A stretch of 63,776 nucleotides of DNA, taken from Thermotogaceae bacterium (GTDB lineage Bacteria > Thermotogota > Thermotogae > MWEM01). Where the stretch lies: NCBI GenBank assembly GCA_030445775.1, contig JASUTC010000002.1, positions 1 through 63,776 of the forward strand, in the 5' to 3' direction. Below, in pieces: positions 46,428-55,123 of this stretch. The first letter of the stretch is position 1. Each line of letters begins with the position of its first letter. The position numbers were made by a program, and so were the translations under genes. The notes under the pieces are model-generated. The model did no database searches. It was not told the DNA's origin and saw nothing but the letters and a program-made list of their open reading frames with translations.

Positions 46428-46976
46428 ATGAAAAAAATCGTATTATTTCTTATCTTTTTTTGCTTTATCACAGTCGGTTTATCTCAAAACTACATTGCTG
46501 GTTTGATAACGGATGATAATTTAGAAATCCAAGTTGAAACATCTTCACCCGTCAGAACTCAAGAATATCTATTCAGAATCAAAAATATTAGTTTTTCACA
46601 AATCACAATGCTTTGGGATGAATGTTCAATTACAGGACTCAACAATGCTCCATCCAAGATGATCCTGTCTGAAAACATTAATTTTACCGAATACCCGCAG
46701 ATGGAGACAGTTATAGAACCAAACGAAGAAATTATTGTTACCGTTGTACCTTTGAATACGATTACTAATCAGGGGATAGAACCATTACAATTAACTGAAA
46801 GAACCATCTCCATGTTTTTTAGATATCTATTAAATGATCAGCAAGAAAGCTTAGCAGCTCGAATAAAATTTCCGGCTGTGAAAGAACAGAGCACATTCGA
46901 TAAAGCCTTTCCTTGGGTTATGGCAGGTGCAGGTGTTGCACTAGTTCTTGGTATCATATTCTGGCCACGTCAATGA
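46428..46976 (+). CDS. hypothetical exported protein with C-terminal TM anchor
   Basis: Signal peptide MKKIVLFLIFFCFITVGLS and the C-terminal helix VMAGAGVALVLGIIFW. Confidence 0.6.
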   Translation: MKKIVLFLIFFCFITVGLSQNYIAGLITDDNLEIQVETSSPVRTQEYLFRIKNISFSQITMLWDECSITGLNNAPSKMILSENINFTEYPQMETVIEPNEEIIVTVVPLNTITNQGIEPLQLTERTISMFFRYLLNDQQESLAARIKFPAVKEQSTFDKAFPWVMAGAGVALVLGIIFWPRQ

Positions 46977-46998
46977 ATATCTTTGAAAACTAACTTTT

Positions 46999-47029
46999 AA
47001 AGACCGGCTTAAAGCCGGTCTTTTTTTTG
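46999..47029 (+). terminator. intrinsic terminator
   Basis: AGACCGGCTT pairs with AAGCCGGTCT and is followed by T8. Confidence 0.8.
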
Positions 47030-47340
47030 ATTATAAAAGCTTTTGAAATCGTTTCATTATACTTTCTAAAATAGCTTATCAACAAAAAAATTATACCCCT
47101 TTAGGTGATCATTTTATCAATATTTGCAAATTTATTCAGTAGATACTTAGACCATTTAAAAAACAAAATCTATGAAAGCGAATAGTATATTTTCCTATTA
47201 TATAGATTCGTATATTATTATATATTTAAGTTCTCTAATAGTCATATCTTTAGTATATACGATATTTTTATATTACTATCCTATATATCTATACTTCAAT
47301 ATATCATACTATAAGGTACCATTTTTTGTCACACTTCACA

Positions 47341-47391
47341 AAAGCAAAAAAGAAAACGCCGATAACCATCATGAACTTTATTATCAGCGTT
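47341..47391 (-). terminator. intrinsic terminator (minus-strand specific)
   Basis: Arms at 47355-47365 and 47381-47391 form 11 bp on the minus-strand RNA (one G.U pair; the same position is a C.A mismatch on the plus strand). TTCTTTTTTGCTTT follows on the minus strand. The loop is 15 nt. Confidence 0.45.
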
Positions 47392-47507
47392 ATACAAAAA
47401 AAGTATTATTTTTACTAAAGTTCTGTAATTACTGCTTAAACGTGTATCCAAGTTGATCGAGTATTATTATGTGGAATAGCTTAAAAAAACGTCATTTTCA
47501 AAGAAAT

Positions 47508-47540
47508 CGACGCAACAAAATTAGTTATTTTGTTGCGTCG
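47508..47540 (-). terminator. perfect 13-bp hairpin overlapping the stop codon of the 147-aa gene
   Basis: CGACGCAACAAAA (47508-47520) pairs with TTTTGTTGCGTCG (47528-47540). The loop contains the TAA stop. The downstream T-run is weak (ATTTCTTTG). Confidence 0.4.
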
Positions 47541-47968
47541 TCAGGATTTTCTAATATTTTTGACCATAATTCCTCTGAAGAATGGGCTTTAACCAATCCA
47601 TTTTCAAATAGGGTGTTAATAAAATCTCCTGCCACCCATTTTTTTTGATCATCTTGGGCAAATTTCTTGTAAATAGATGATAGAACGCCTATTCCAAGCG
47701 GTTCCCCGTCAGTTTTCACTTCTTTGTGTATAAGTTTTTTTATCGCGCTTTGAAGGTCTTCTTCAGTTGAAATGTCCTTAAGATCGGCTTCATCAAAATC
47801 GATAACATCGATCAAAGCACGAATAAAAGTGGCTTTCGTTATTCTCTTATTCTCTTTTGTTCTTTCCCTGCTAGCCATTACTATCGCCACTGCTTTTGAT
47901 AATTTCTCGATTTGCTCAATCCTTATGGGTACGTTAAGTTGAACCGTTTTTCCTTCCATTACAGTCAC
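47525..47968 (-). CDS. ribbon-helix-helix-like DNA-binding protein with unassigned C-terminal domain
   Basis: N-terminal KTVQLNVPIRIEQIEKLSKAV...ITKATFIRALIDVI fits the beta-alpha-alpha RHH (CopG/Arc/MetJ) pattern. 147 aa. The gene is isolated inside a TA-rich island. Confidence 0.55.
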   Translation of the reverse strand: MTVMEGKTVQLNVPIRIEQIEKLSKAVAIVMASRERTKENKRITKATFIRALIDVIDFDEADLKDISTEEDLQSAIKKLIHKEVKTDGEPLGIGVLSSIYKKFAQDDQKKWVAGDFINTLFENGLVKAHSSEELWSKILENPDDATK

Positions 47969-48258
47969 TCCCTTTTTATTTATACTCTATCATATCATAG
48001 TATCCTAAGATATACAAACTATAGATTTACATAATATATATAATATGGTATTACTATATAAAAGTATAACTACTATAGACTATTATATAAACTACATAAT
48101 AATAGATTATAGAATTATATAATGTATGGATTATATACTTAACAAAAAGAAAGCTTAAGATATTTAAGCAGACAAATAACTACCCGAATCATAATTTTGT
48201 TGTGTAAAATCTCAATATAGTCCATATTCATTTAGCTAATAAACACAAAAACAGAAAT

Positions 48259-48286
48259 TTTGTATAAAGCAATAAATCAGCTATAA
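48259..48286 (+). promoter_or_regulatory. sigma70-like promoter upstream of oraS
   Basis: TTGTAT (48259-48264), a 16-nt spacer, then TATAAT (48281-48286), about 77 nt upstream of the TTG start at 48363. Confidence 0.4.
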
Positions 48287-48362
48287 TAGGGCGAATAAAA
48301 ACAGAAACGCAAATAGATGAATTGTTAACCGGACACATAAATATGCTAAAGGGGGAAACAAA

Positions 48363-48719
48363 TTGACTAAAGAAAAATTTGAATCTGAAAAGCAGAAACT
48401 TGAAAAACTCTCGAATGAAGAGTTAAATCAGTTGTTTTGGAAAAAGGCAGAGGAAATTATTAATCCTTTGATTGAATTAGCTCAAACACATACATCACCT
48501 TCAATTGAGCGATCTGTGTTATTAAGAATGGGATTTAATTCACTTGAAGCCAAAACAATTGTAGAGGGAATTTTTGAACGTGAACTTCTTGGAAAAGGCG
48601 CTGGTAATATTCTACTCACCATGTCCAAAAAGGCAAACAAAGACTATCTAACTTATGGTAAAGAGATAGTCCAAGGCTCCCATTGGGAAGAAATAGAAAC
48701 AATGTATAAGGGGGTCTGA
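48363..48719 (+). CDS. oraS: D-ornithine 4,5-aminomutase small subunit
   Basis: 118 aa. The block TSPSIERSVLLRMGFNSLEAKTIV...LGKGAGNI matches my memory of Clostridium sticklandii OraS. TTG start after AAGGGGGA. Confidence 0.8.
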   Translation: MTKEKFESEKQKLEKLSNEELNQLFWKKAEEIINPLIELAQTHTSPSIERSVLLRMGFNSLEAKTIVEGIFERELLGKGAGNILLTMSKKANKDYLTYGKEIVQGSHWEEIETMYKGV

Positions 48720-48720
48720 T

Positions 48721-50916
48721 GTGATGAGACTCGATAAAGAAAAAAAGATTAATGTGGATGAAATTTTAACCAATCTAAAAGATTATCGACCTAAAAGAAA
48801 AGGGTGGACTTGGAGAAAAAAACTTGATGATAACACTAAAATAGGCGGATATGAATTTAAAAACATCGCTGAAAATCTCAAAGAATCTATCCCCTTACCA
48901 CCCGCAAAATTCTTTGGAAACATAGATCCGCAACCACAAGAAATTATCACTTCAGAAATTGCCTCCGGAAGATTTGAGGATGATATCAGAAGAATGAGAA
49001 TGGCAGCATGGCACGGTGCCGATCATATTATGGTTATCAGAACATTGGGGCAGTCTCATTTTGATGGTTTAATAGAAGGATCTCCAGAGGGGATTGGTGG
49101 AATTCCCATCACCAGAAAACAATTGAAGGCTACGAGAAAAGCTCTGGATCTCATTGAAGAGGAAGTCGGAAGACCAATTAATTTCCATTCTTACGTTTCG
49201 GGTATTGCCGGACCTGAAGTAGCTGTTTTGTTTGCAGAAGAAGGCGTAAATGGTGCTCATCAGGACCCGCAATATAATGTCCTCTATCGAGGAGTAAATC
49301 CAATCAGATCATTTGTTGATGCAGCAGTGGCTAAAAAGATTATGGCTTCCGCAGACATTTTACAAATCGATGGCGCTCATAACGCAAATGCATCGTCAAA
49401 AGTAGCTTGGAAAGTCATGCCTGAATTACTTGTCCAACATGCTATTAATTCACTTTTCTCAGTCAAAGCCGGCATGAGGAAAGATATGATAGCACTTTCC
49501 ACAGTACCACCGATGACGGCCCCATCTCCTGAGTTTAAACTTAATTTTGTTTACGCTTTAACACTAAGGGATCTCTTCAAGGAGTATAAATTCAGGGCAC
49601 AAATGAACACTAGATATATTGAATCGGATCTTTTTGATGCGACAAGAATTCACGTTCTTGATACGGTATTAAGCCGATTGACAAAAGCGGATATCCAGTC
49701 AACGATCACACCAGATGAGGGACGAAATGTTCCTTGGCACATTAACTCAATTCGTGGAGTTGAAACAGCAAAACATACATTAGTGGCTCTAGATGGCATC
49801 AAAGAATTAGTTGGACCCAAAATGGAAAATCTGAATGAACCCATAAAAGATATGAAGATTAGGGCCATTCTCTATATGCAAGATATCTTAGAAAACGGGG
49901 GGTACTTTGAAGCTGTTGAAAAGGGATTCTTCGTTGATTCGGGATTCTTCCCGGAAAGAGTTGGCGATGGAATAGCGAGAAAGAAAAACGGAGAACTTGG
50001 GGCTAATACCGTTGTGAAGAGAGAAAAGGACTATTTTGCTCCTGTTTGTAATCATTTTGGATATAATCATATCCCTGAAGGAATATCTAATGCATGTGAT
50101 GTCATTGGTGGATGTACACTGGATGATCCAGACAAGATTCAGTATATAGATGAATTAGACGAAACGGATAATGTTTCAGTCAGAATGAGTGCAAACAAAG
50201 AAACTGAAGAAAAAGGGATGTTAAAACCGGAAGTAGAATGGAAAAATGACGGTTTGATTCAAATCGATATGACTATACCGGATAATCCTGATGTTGCAGA
50301 AGCAGCTGCTTTAGAAATCTGCAACCGAATGGGGTTGGAAGAGGCAACGGTAATATCAAAGACCGTTTTACATCCGGCAGAAGGCTCATATATAGAATTA
50401 AAAGCAAAAGTTCCATTCTTTGTAGACAGAAATACATTAAAAATTCCTGAAAAACCTGAAATTCTAAGTGCCGAAGAAATTACTGAATACACACATGAGC
50501 ATCCAATACACGTTGTGGCAGGAACTGTTGGAAATGATGAACATTCAGTGGGAATGCGGGAAATTCTTGACATTAAGCATGGCGGAATAGAGAAGTTCGG
50601 TCTTTCTTATACCTATTTAGGAACCAGCGTACCGATTGAAAAATTGATCGATGCCGCCATCGAAACCGGAGCAGATGCCATATTATCCAGTATGATCATT
50701 ACGCACAACGATGTTCACTTAAAAGGGATGAAACAGATTGATCAATTATGTCAAGAAAAAGGGATTCGAGATAAAGTCATCCTTGTAGCAGGTGGTACTC
50801 AGATAACAAATGAAATCGCAGTAGATTGTGGCATGGATGCCGGTTTTGGAAGAGGAACGCATGGTATTGACGTAGCAAGCTTTCTTGTTAAAACTCTTAA
50901 GCAAAAAAGGAAGTGA
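48721..50916 (+). CDS. oraE: D-ornithine 4,5-aminomutase large subunit (PLP barrel plus C-terminal B12-binding domain)
   Basis: 731 aa. Contains [43 protein letters not shown] and [12 protein letters not shown]. The C-terminal domain has the DxHxxG motif (GNDEHSVGM). The single-chain architecture distinguishes it from split KamD/KamE. Confidence 0.85.
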   Translation: MMRLDKEKKINVDEILTNLKDYRPKRKGWTWRKKLDDNTKIGGYEFKNIAENLKESIPLPPAKFFGNIDPQPQEIITSEIASGRFEDDIRRMRMAAWHGADHIMVIRTLGQSHFDGLIEGSPEGIGGIPITRKQLKATRKALDLIEEEVGRPINFHSYVSGIAGPEVAVLFAEEGVNGAHQDPQYNVLYRGVNPIRSFVDAAVAKKIMASADILQIDGAHNANASSKVAWKVMPELLVQHAINSLFSVKAGMRKDMIALSTVPPMTAPSPEFKLNFVYALTLRDLFKEYKFRAQMNTRYIESDLFDATRIHVLDTVLSRLTKADIQSTITPDEGRNVPWHINSIRGVETAKHTLVALDGIKELVGPKMENLNEPIKDMKIRAILYMQDILENGGYFEAVEKGFFVDSGFFPERVGDGIARKKNGELGANTVVKREKDYFAPVCNHFGYNHIPEGISNACDVIGGCTLDDPDKIQYIDELDETDNVSVRMSANKETEEKGMLKPEVEWKNDGLIQIDMTIPDNPDVAEAAALEICNRMGLEEATVISKTVLHPAEGSYIELKAKVPFFVDRNTLKIPEKPEILSAEEITEYTHEHPIHVVAGTVGNDEHSVGMREILDIKHGGIEKFGLSYTYLGTSVPIEKLIDAAIETGADAILSSMIITHNDVHLKGMKQIDQLCQEKGIRDKVILVAGGTQITNEIAVDCGMDAGFGRGTHGIDVASFLVKTLKQKRK

Positions 50917-51407
50917 TATTTTTGAACTTTGAAGTTGTACAAATTGATTTCCCTGAAGATTGTAATGTCATCATCGGACAATCACATTTTATCAAAACCG
51001 TTGAAGATATTTATGAAACCATCGTCACTACTGTGCCCGGAATGAAATTTGGTTTGGCATTTAACGAGGCTTCCGGACCATGCCTTGTCAGAAAAGAAGG
51101 CAATGATGAAGAATTAATAGATATTGCTGTGAAAAACGCATTGAACATTAGCGCGGGTCATATATTTGTTTTAATTATCAAAAACGGTTATCCAATTAAT
51201 ATTCTCAACGGGTTAAAAAATATACAGGAAATCTGTCGAATATTTGCAGCTACTGCAAATCCTTTGCAGGTTTTAACCACGGAAACTGATCAAGGTAAAG
51301 CTGTGATTGGTGTTGTTGATGGTTATTCACCAAAGGGTGTAGAAAAAAAAGAGGACATTGCTAAACGAAAGGAATTTTTAAGAGAAATAACAGGATATAA
51401 AAGATAG
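50913..51407 (+). CDS. adenosine-specific kinase family (PF04008-like) protein
   Basis: 164 aa with [31 protein letters not shown] and [11 protein letters not shown]. The GTG start overlaps the oraE TGA (GTGA). Confidence 0.55.
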   Translation: MIFLNFEVVQIDFPEDCNVIIGQSHFIKTVEDIYETIVTTVPGMKFGLAFNEASGPCLVRKEGNDEELIDIAVKNALNISAGHIFVLIIKNGYPINILNGLKNIQEICRIFAATANPLQVLTTETDQGKAVIGVVDGYSPKGVEKKEDIAKRKEFLREITGYKR

Positions 51408-51414
51408 GAAATTG

Positions 51415-51440
51415 AAAAAGGCGGCAAAACCGCCTTTTTT
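51415..51440. terminator. bidirectional intrinsic terminator
   Basis: AAAAAGGCGG caaaa CCGCCTTTTTT lies between convergent genes. Confidence 0.8.
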
Positions 51441-53004
51441 ATTGATACATCGAAAGCGGTATATTTGAAATATAAATGGTTGGAGAAGCATCAGACTCTA
51501 CATCAAAATAATAAGCATTATCGTGATTTATTAACTTCGTTACGGGTATTGAAAACCCTTGAGCATCTTTTATCGGTGGTAAAATTGAATCTGTCGCTTT
51601 TATAAAGGTTCTAATCATACCGGTCCCATAAAGTGGTTGAATAAATACATCAAACGCATCTTCGTTAAAAACCGCAATAACTTTGTTATCATCAACAGTA
51701 ATTTGGTTCAAATTTAAAGAATAAGTATTGTCGTAAAAAAGATTAGATGGCTTTGAAAATTGGTTGAACACATCAGACGTATAGAATAAATCTGTAAAAT
51801 CACCTCTGTTTTCTTTTTTTTCTAAAGACCACAGATTGTCTTTTTGCATTATGGCAACTTTGTAATGGTAATCTAAGCTATCTTCGGGAATCCACGGTTC
51901 AGTATTTTTGGATTTTGAATCATCACATCTGTAGATTAGTAAACCCTCAAAACCGGGTAACCATTGATTATAAAGATTTGATTCTTTGAATTCATATAAC
52001 ATATATTGAGAAGGAACATTTGGATTTTGATGTCTGTAGATTTCTCTTGAATCGATTTCAAGACTACCTTTATAATCACTTTGGAGGTCGTAAGATTCAT
52101 ACCACCCAATTTTTAACTTGGACCATGCCGTTAATTCAGCAGGCGCTCCTCCGTAGCCACTAATTTCATCATTCCCAAACACAGACATTTCATCATTCCA
52201 ACTGCCTCCCCCCATCAATCCCCAATAACCAATACCATATGACGATTGATTGACATCATAGAGATCGGGTAAATTAAATATTAAATGACCCAACTCATGA
52301 CAATATACACCTATGGTCATATCATTCGGTTCCAGCCAATATTCTGGTTGCATTGAATAATGACTTATTTGAACACCGTCGCAAATTTGTGGCGAAATAC
52401 TCCACATGTGACTCCATATTGCTCCTTGTGCCCCGCTAAACTCTGCTCCTGTCCCTGTATGAACAACCAAAAGGAAATCAACTGTTCCATTCTCATCATT
52501 ATCATACAATGAAAAATCTACCGTTGAATCGGCAGCTTTAATAACATCTTCAACTAACTTTTGGGAATTATTAGGATATGAACCGGTTCCATTACTATTA
52601 CCAACGTAATAATCGTAGTTATGGGGCATTTCAAACCATCCGTAAACATCAAAATCCAATTGGAAAGTTCCGTTGGATTCAAATAAATAATATTCTTTAA
52701 CGCTGCTTACATTAGTAGATATCGGGTATTTTTCTTTAAAATCCAATCCTTCTGAATTAAGTAAATCATCAAAAAAAGATAACTGAACTTGATTTAATTG
52801 ATCCGGAAACTCGGCAAAAAGAACAATTGCTTTGAAAGAACCTGTATAATCACGCTCAACACTTTCCCCATAATAAGCTGATCTAACAGGAACTTCGACA
52901 ATCCCTCTATTAATTAAATCAAATATTCTTGAATGTGGTGGCATTGAAAACAAAACAACAACAGGTATCAACATGATAAATACGAGTAAAGTCCTTTTAT
53001 TCAA
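51439..53004 (-). CDS. secreted M6-family (immune inhibitor A-like) metalloprotease
   Basis: Signal peptide and the zinc motif YCHELGHLIFNLPDLYD. 521 aa. Confidence 0.8.
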   Translation of the reverse strand: MNKRTLLVFIMLIPVVVLFSMPPHSRIFDLINRGIVEVPVRSAYYGESVERDYTGSFKAIVLFAEFPDQLNQVQLSFFDDLLNSEGLDFKEKYPISTNVSSVKEYYLFESNGTFQLDFDVYGWFEMPHNYDYYVGNSNGTGSYPNNSQKLVEDVIKAADSTVDFSLYDNDENGTVDFLLVVHTGTGAEFSGAQGAIWSHMWSISPQICDGVQISHYSMQPEYWLEPNDMTIGVYCHELGHLIFNLPDLYDVNQSSYGIGYWGLMGGGSWNDEMSVFGNDEISGYGGAPAELTAWSKLKIGWYESYDLQSDYKGSLEIDSREIYRHQNPNVPSQYMLYEFKESNLYNQWLPGFEGLLIYRCDDSKSKNTEPWIPEDSLDYHYKVAIMQKDNLWSLEKKENRGDFTDLFYTSDVFNQFSKPSNLFYDNTYSLNLNQITVDDNKVIAVFNEDAFDVFIQPLYGTGMIRTFIKATDSILPPIKDAQGFSIPVTKLINHDNAYYFDVESDASPTIYISNIPLSMYQ

Positions 53005-53539
53005 AGAAAAATCCCTCCATCTTTTGAATGATTTTTGGTGTTACATTTGTTTTTATTAAATTGAAATGCTCTCTGTCTCCCATAATCGCATTAGATAAAG
53101 CATATATTTCAAATAATTTGGCTTTTGTTAATTCTTCAAGATTGACAATCATAACCCAGTTGTTTGATATTGTTTGTAGGGAATCCAGATGAAAATTCAT
53201 GATATCGTATTGATTTAACATGAAGTAAGATAAAATCATACCTGCTAAAGATGGATCATTTTCAACAAGTTCAATCGATTCTGTAAAATTTAACAAAGCC
53301 TTTTCGTATTCACCGAATAAAAAATTTGCATAACCACTTGTCATTAAAGCAATGGATTTTTGTTCATTATTCTCAGATGAATTTATTAAAACTGATGAAT
53401 AGTTTCTAGCACTTTCTTTTGATCCATTTGCAATTGCATTTAAAGCTAATTGATGGTAAGAAGAAAAATTATTTGATATAATACATCCGGAAAATATAAG
53501 GATGATCAAAAGTGTTAAACCAATTAGGTATTTTTTCAT
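52997..53539 (-). CDS. TPR-like lipoprotein
   Basis: Lipobox LIILIFSGC and TPR-like helices. Its 3' end overlaps the protease gene start by 8 nt. Confidence 0.65.
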   Translation of the reverse strand: MKKYLIGLTLLIILIFSGCIISNNFSSYHQLALNAIANGSKESARNYSSVLINSSENNEQKSIALMTSGYANFLFGEYEKALLNFTESIELVENDPSLAGMILSYFMLNQYDIMNFHLDSLQTISNNWVMIVNLEELTKAKLFEIYALSNAIMGDREHFNLIKTNVTPKIIQKMEGFFFE

Positions 53540-53614
53540 ACAGTCACCTCACTAAAGAATTATATCATCTTTAATACTTAAAGCTAAAACGATGAAAGAA
53601 TAAAAGGAGGACAA

Positions 53615-54019
53615 ATGGACTATAGTGAAATTAAAGTGGGAGATTCTTTTAAAAAAGAGTTTATCGTAACGGATGAGAAGGTCAAAACTTTTGCAAAAAT
53701 CAGTGGAGATGACAATCCAATACACATTGATGATGATTTTGCAGCAAAGACAAGATTTGGAAAAAGAATTGCACATGGGATTCTTATCACTTCATTTATT
53801 TCAAAGGTAATTGGTAGAGACTTTCCGGGTGATGGAACGATTTATATTTCACAACAAGTAAAATTTAAAAGACCTGTTTTTATAGAAGACAAGGTTTCTG
53901 TAAGAATAGAAGTGCTTGAAAAGAACGATTCAAAAAACAGGATTGTTCTTTCAACAGATGTTTATAATGAGGAGGGGAAAAAAGTAATAGAAGGAACTGC
54001 GGAGGTAATGAAAGAATAA
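53615..54019 (+). CDS. MaoC-like (R)-specific enoyl-CoA hydratase / dehydratase
   Basis: Hot-dog fold motif ISGDDNPIHIDDDFAAKTRFGKRIAHGIL. 134 aa. Confidence 0.85.
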   Translation: MDYSEIKVGDSFKKEFIVTDEKVKTFAKISGDDNPIHIDDDFAAKTRFGKRIAHGILITSFISKVIGRDFPGDGTIYISQQVKFKRPVFIEDKVSVRIEVLEKNDSKNRIVLSTDVYNEEGKKVIEGTAEVMKE

Positions 54020-54031
54020 AGCCCATTGGAC

Positions 54032-54060
54032 TTGATTTAAAGTTTTAATTATGATAGAAT
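54032..54060 (+). promoter_or_regulatory. promoter of the tRNA-Thr gene
   Basis: TTGATT (54032-54037), a 17-nt spacer, then TGaTAGAAT (extended -10, 54052-54060). The tRNA 5' end lies 17 nt downstream. Confidence 0.5.
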
Positions 54061-54076
54061 ACATATCGTTTTAAGT

Positions 54077-54152
54077 GCAGGAATAGCTTCAATGGTAGAG
54101 CGCTGCCTTGGTAAGGCAGAGGTTGTGAGTTCGAATCTCATTTCCTGCTCCA
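54077..54152 (+). tRNA. tRNA-Thr (anticodon GGT), CCA encoded
   Basis: Hand-folded cloverleaf: acceptor GCAGGAA/TTCCTGC, D-stem GCTT/GAGC, anticodon stem CTGCC/GGCAG with loop TTGGTAA, T-stem GTGAG/CTCAT with loop TTCGAAT, discriminator T, then CCA. Confidence 0.9.
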
Positions 54153-54158
54153 ATCAAG

Positions 54159-54193
54159 GTCTTTCGGTATTAATACTCCGAAAGACTTTTTTT
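54159..54193 (+). terminator. intrinsic terminator after tRNA-Thr
   Basis: GTCTTTCGG pairs with CCGAAAGAC and is followed by T7. Confidence 0.8.
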
Positions 54194-54232
54194 GTGGTAG
54201 TATAGAATAAACAAAAACAAAGTAGGTGTAAA

Positions 54233-55114
54233 TTGAAAAGTGGTTTTGTGACGATATTAGGAAGACCCAATTCCGGAAAATCAACACTCATTAACACTCT
54301 TATGGATCAAAAAATTGTCATTGTTTCAGATAAACCCCAAACGACATGGCATAGAATTAATTGCATATACACAGACACTAATTCGCAGATTGTATTCACA
54401 GACACTCCGGGAATACACAAGGTCATTAACAACGTCAATCGTTATATGATGAAAGCTGTTGGTGAAGCCTTGGAAGGAATGGATTTAATATTATGGCTTG
54501 TGGATGTCACTAAGGGATTATCAAAAGGCGAGGATTATGTTTACGAAAAAATCAGGGATATAAACAAGCCAAAGTTGATTTTATTAAACAAAATTGACGT
54601 CCTTGAAGCAGATAAGGTACAACATTATTCTACATTGCTTCAAAAAAAATATCAACCGGAAGGCATTACGACAATTTGTGCCAAAGATTTTCAGCAAAGA
54701 AATGTAATACTCGGTAAAATTAAGGACTTTCTTCACGAAGGCAGGCCTTACTATCCACCTGAAATGATGACTGATCGTTCCAATAAATTTATCGTTTCAG
54801 AAATAATCAGGGAAAAAATATTTAGAATCACTTACGACGAAATACCTTATTCTTGCGCTGTATTCGTTGAACACTTTTCGGATAAATCAAACGGTACTCT
54901 TGAAATAAGAGCTGAGATTTGGGTGGATCGAAAAACCCAAAAGGGAATGATCATCGGAAAAGAGGCAAAAATAATTAAACAGATAAGACTAAAAGCCAAA
55001 AAAGATATCCAATATCTCTTTGATCGTCCAATTGACTTAGAATTGTACGTCAGAGTAAAAAAAGATTGGAGACAGAAAGACTATTTGCTTATCGATGATT
55101 TATATTTCTCATAG
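54233..55114 (+). CDS. era: GTPase Era
   Basis: G1 motif GRPNSGKSTL, then DTPGIH and NKID, with a C-terminal KH domain. 293 aa. Confidence 0.95.
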   Translation: MKSGFVTILGRPNSGKSTLINTLMDQKIVIVSDKPQTTWHRINCIYTDTNSQIVFTDTPGIHKVINNVNRYMMKAVGEALEGMDLILWLVDVTKGLSKGEDYVYEKIRDINKPKLILLNKIDVLEADKVQHYSTLLQKKYQPEGITTICAKDFQQRNVILGKIKDFLHEGRPYYPPEMMTDRSNKFIVSEIIREKIFRITYDEIPYSCAVFVEHFSDKSNGTLEIRAEIWVDRKTQKGMIIGKEAKIIKQIRLKAKKDIQYLFDRPIDLELYVRVKKDWRQKDYLLIDDLYFS

Positions 55115-55123
55115 GATTTTGGA

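Noticed and set aside
47172-47456. 94-aa ORF rich in Tyr/Ile/Leu inside the TA-rich island
   Set aside because: The composition is simply the translation of TATATA-type low-complexity DNA. It has no SD, no plausible fold and runs through a minus-strand terminator, so I treat the region as non-coding.
46977-48362. Possibility that the TA-rich island is a chromosomal replication origin
   Set aside because: I found no cluster of DnaA-box-like 9-mers (TTATCCACA) or the 12-mer reported for Thermotoga oriC. No dnaA, dnaN or gyr genes are nearby. AT-richness alone is insufficient.
48140-48362. Possible lysine (L-box) or other riboswitch in the oraS leader
   Set aside because: The leader is about 75 nt after the putative -10 and is almost pure A/T. 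It lacks the G/C-rich helices and conserved cores of L-box, cobalamin or other riboswitch classes I can recall.
48363-50916. Annotation as lysine 5,6-aminomutase KamD/KamE
   Set aside because: KamD (~520 aa) and KamE (~260 aa) split the PLP barrel and the B12 domain into two chains. Here a 118-aa S subunit precedes a single 731-aa chain that contains both, with OraS/OraE-specific sequence blocks.
53552-53776. 74-aa minus-strand ORF overlapping the MaoC gene start
   Set aside because: It overlaps a strongly supported hot-dog-fold gene and the intergenic promoter region. It is Cys/Ile-rich low-complexity with no SD.
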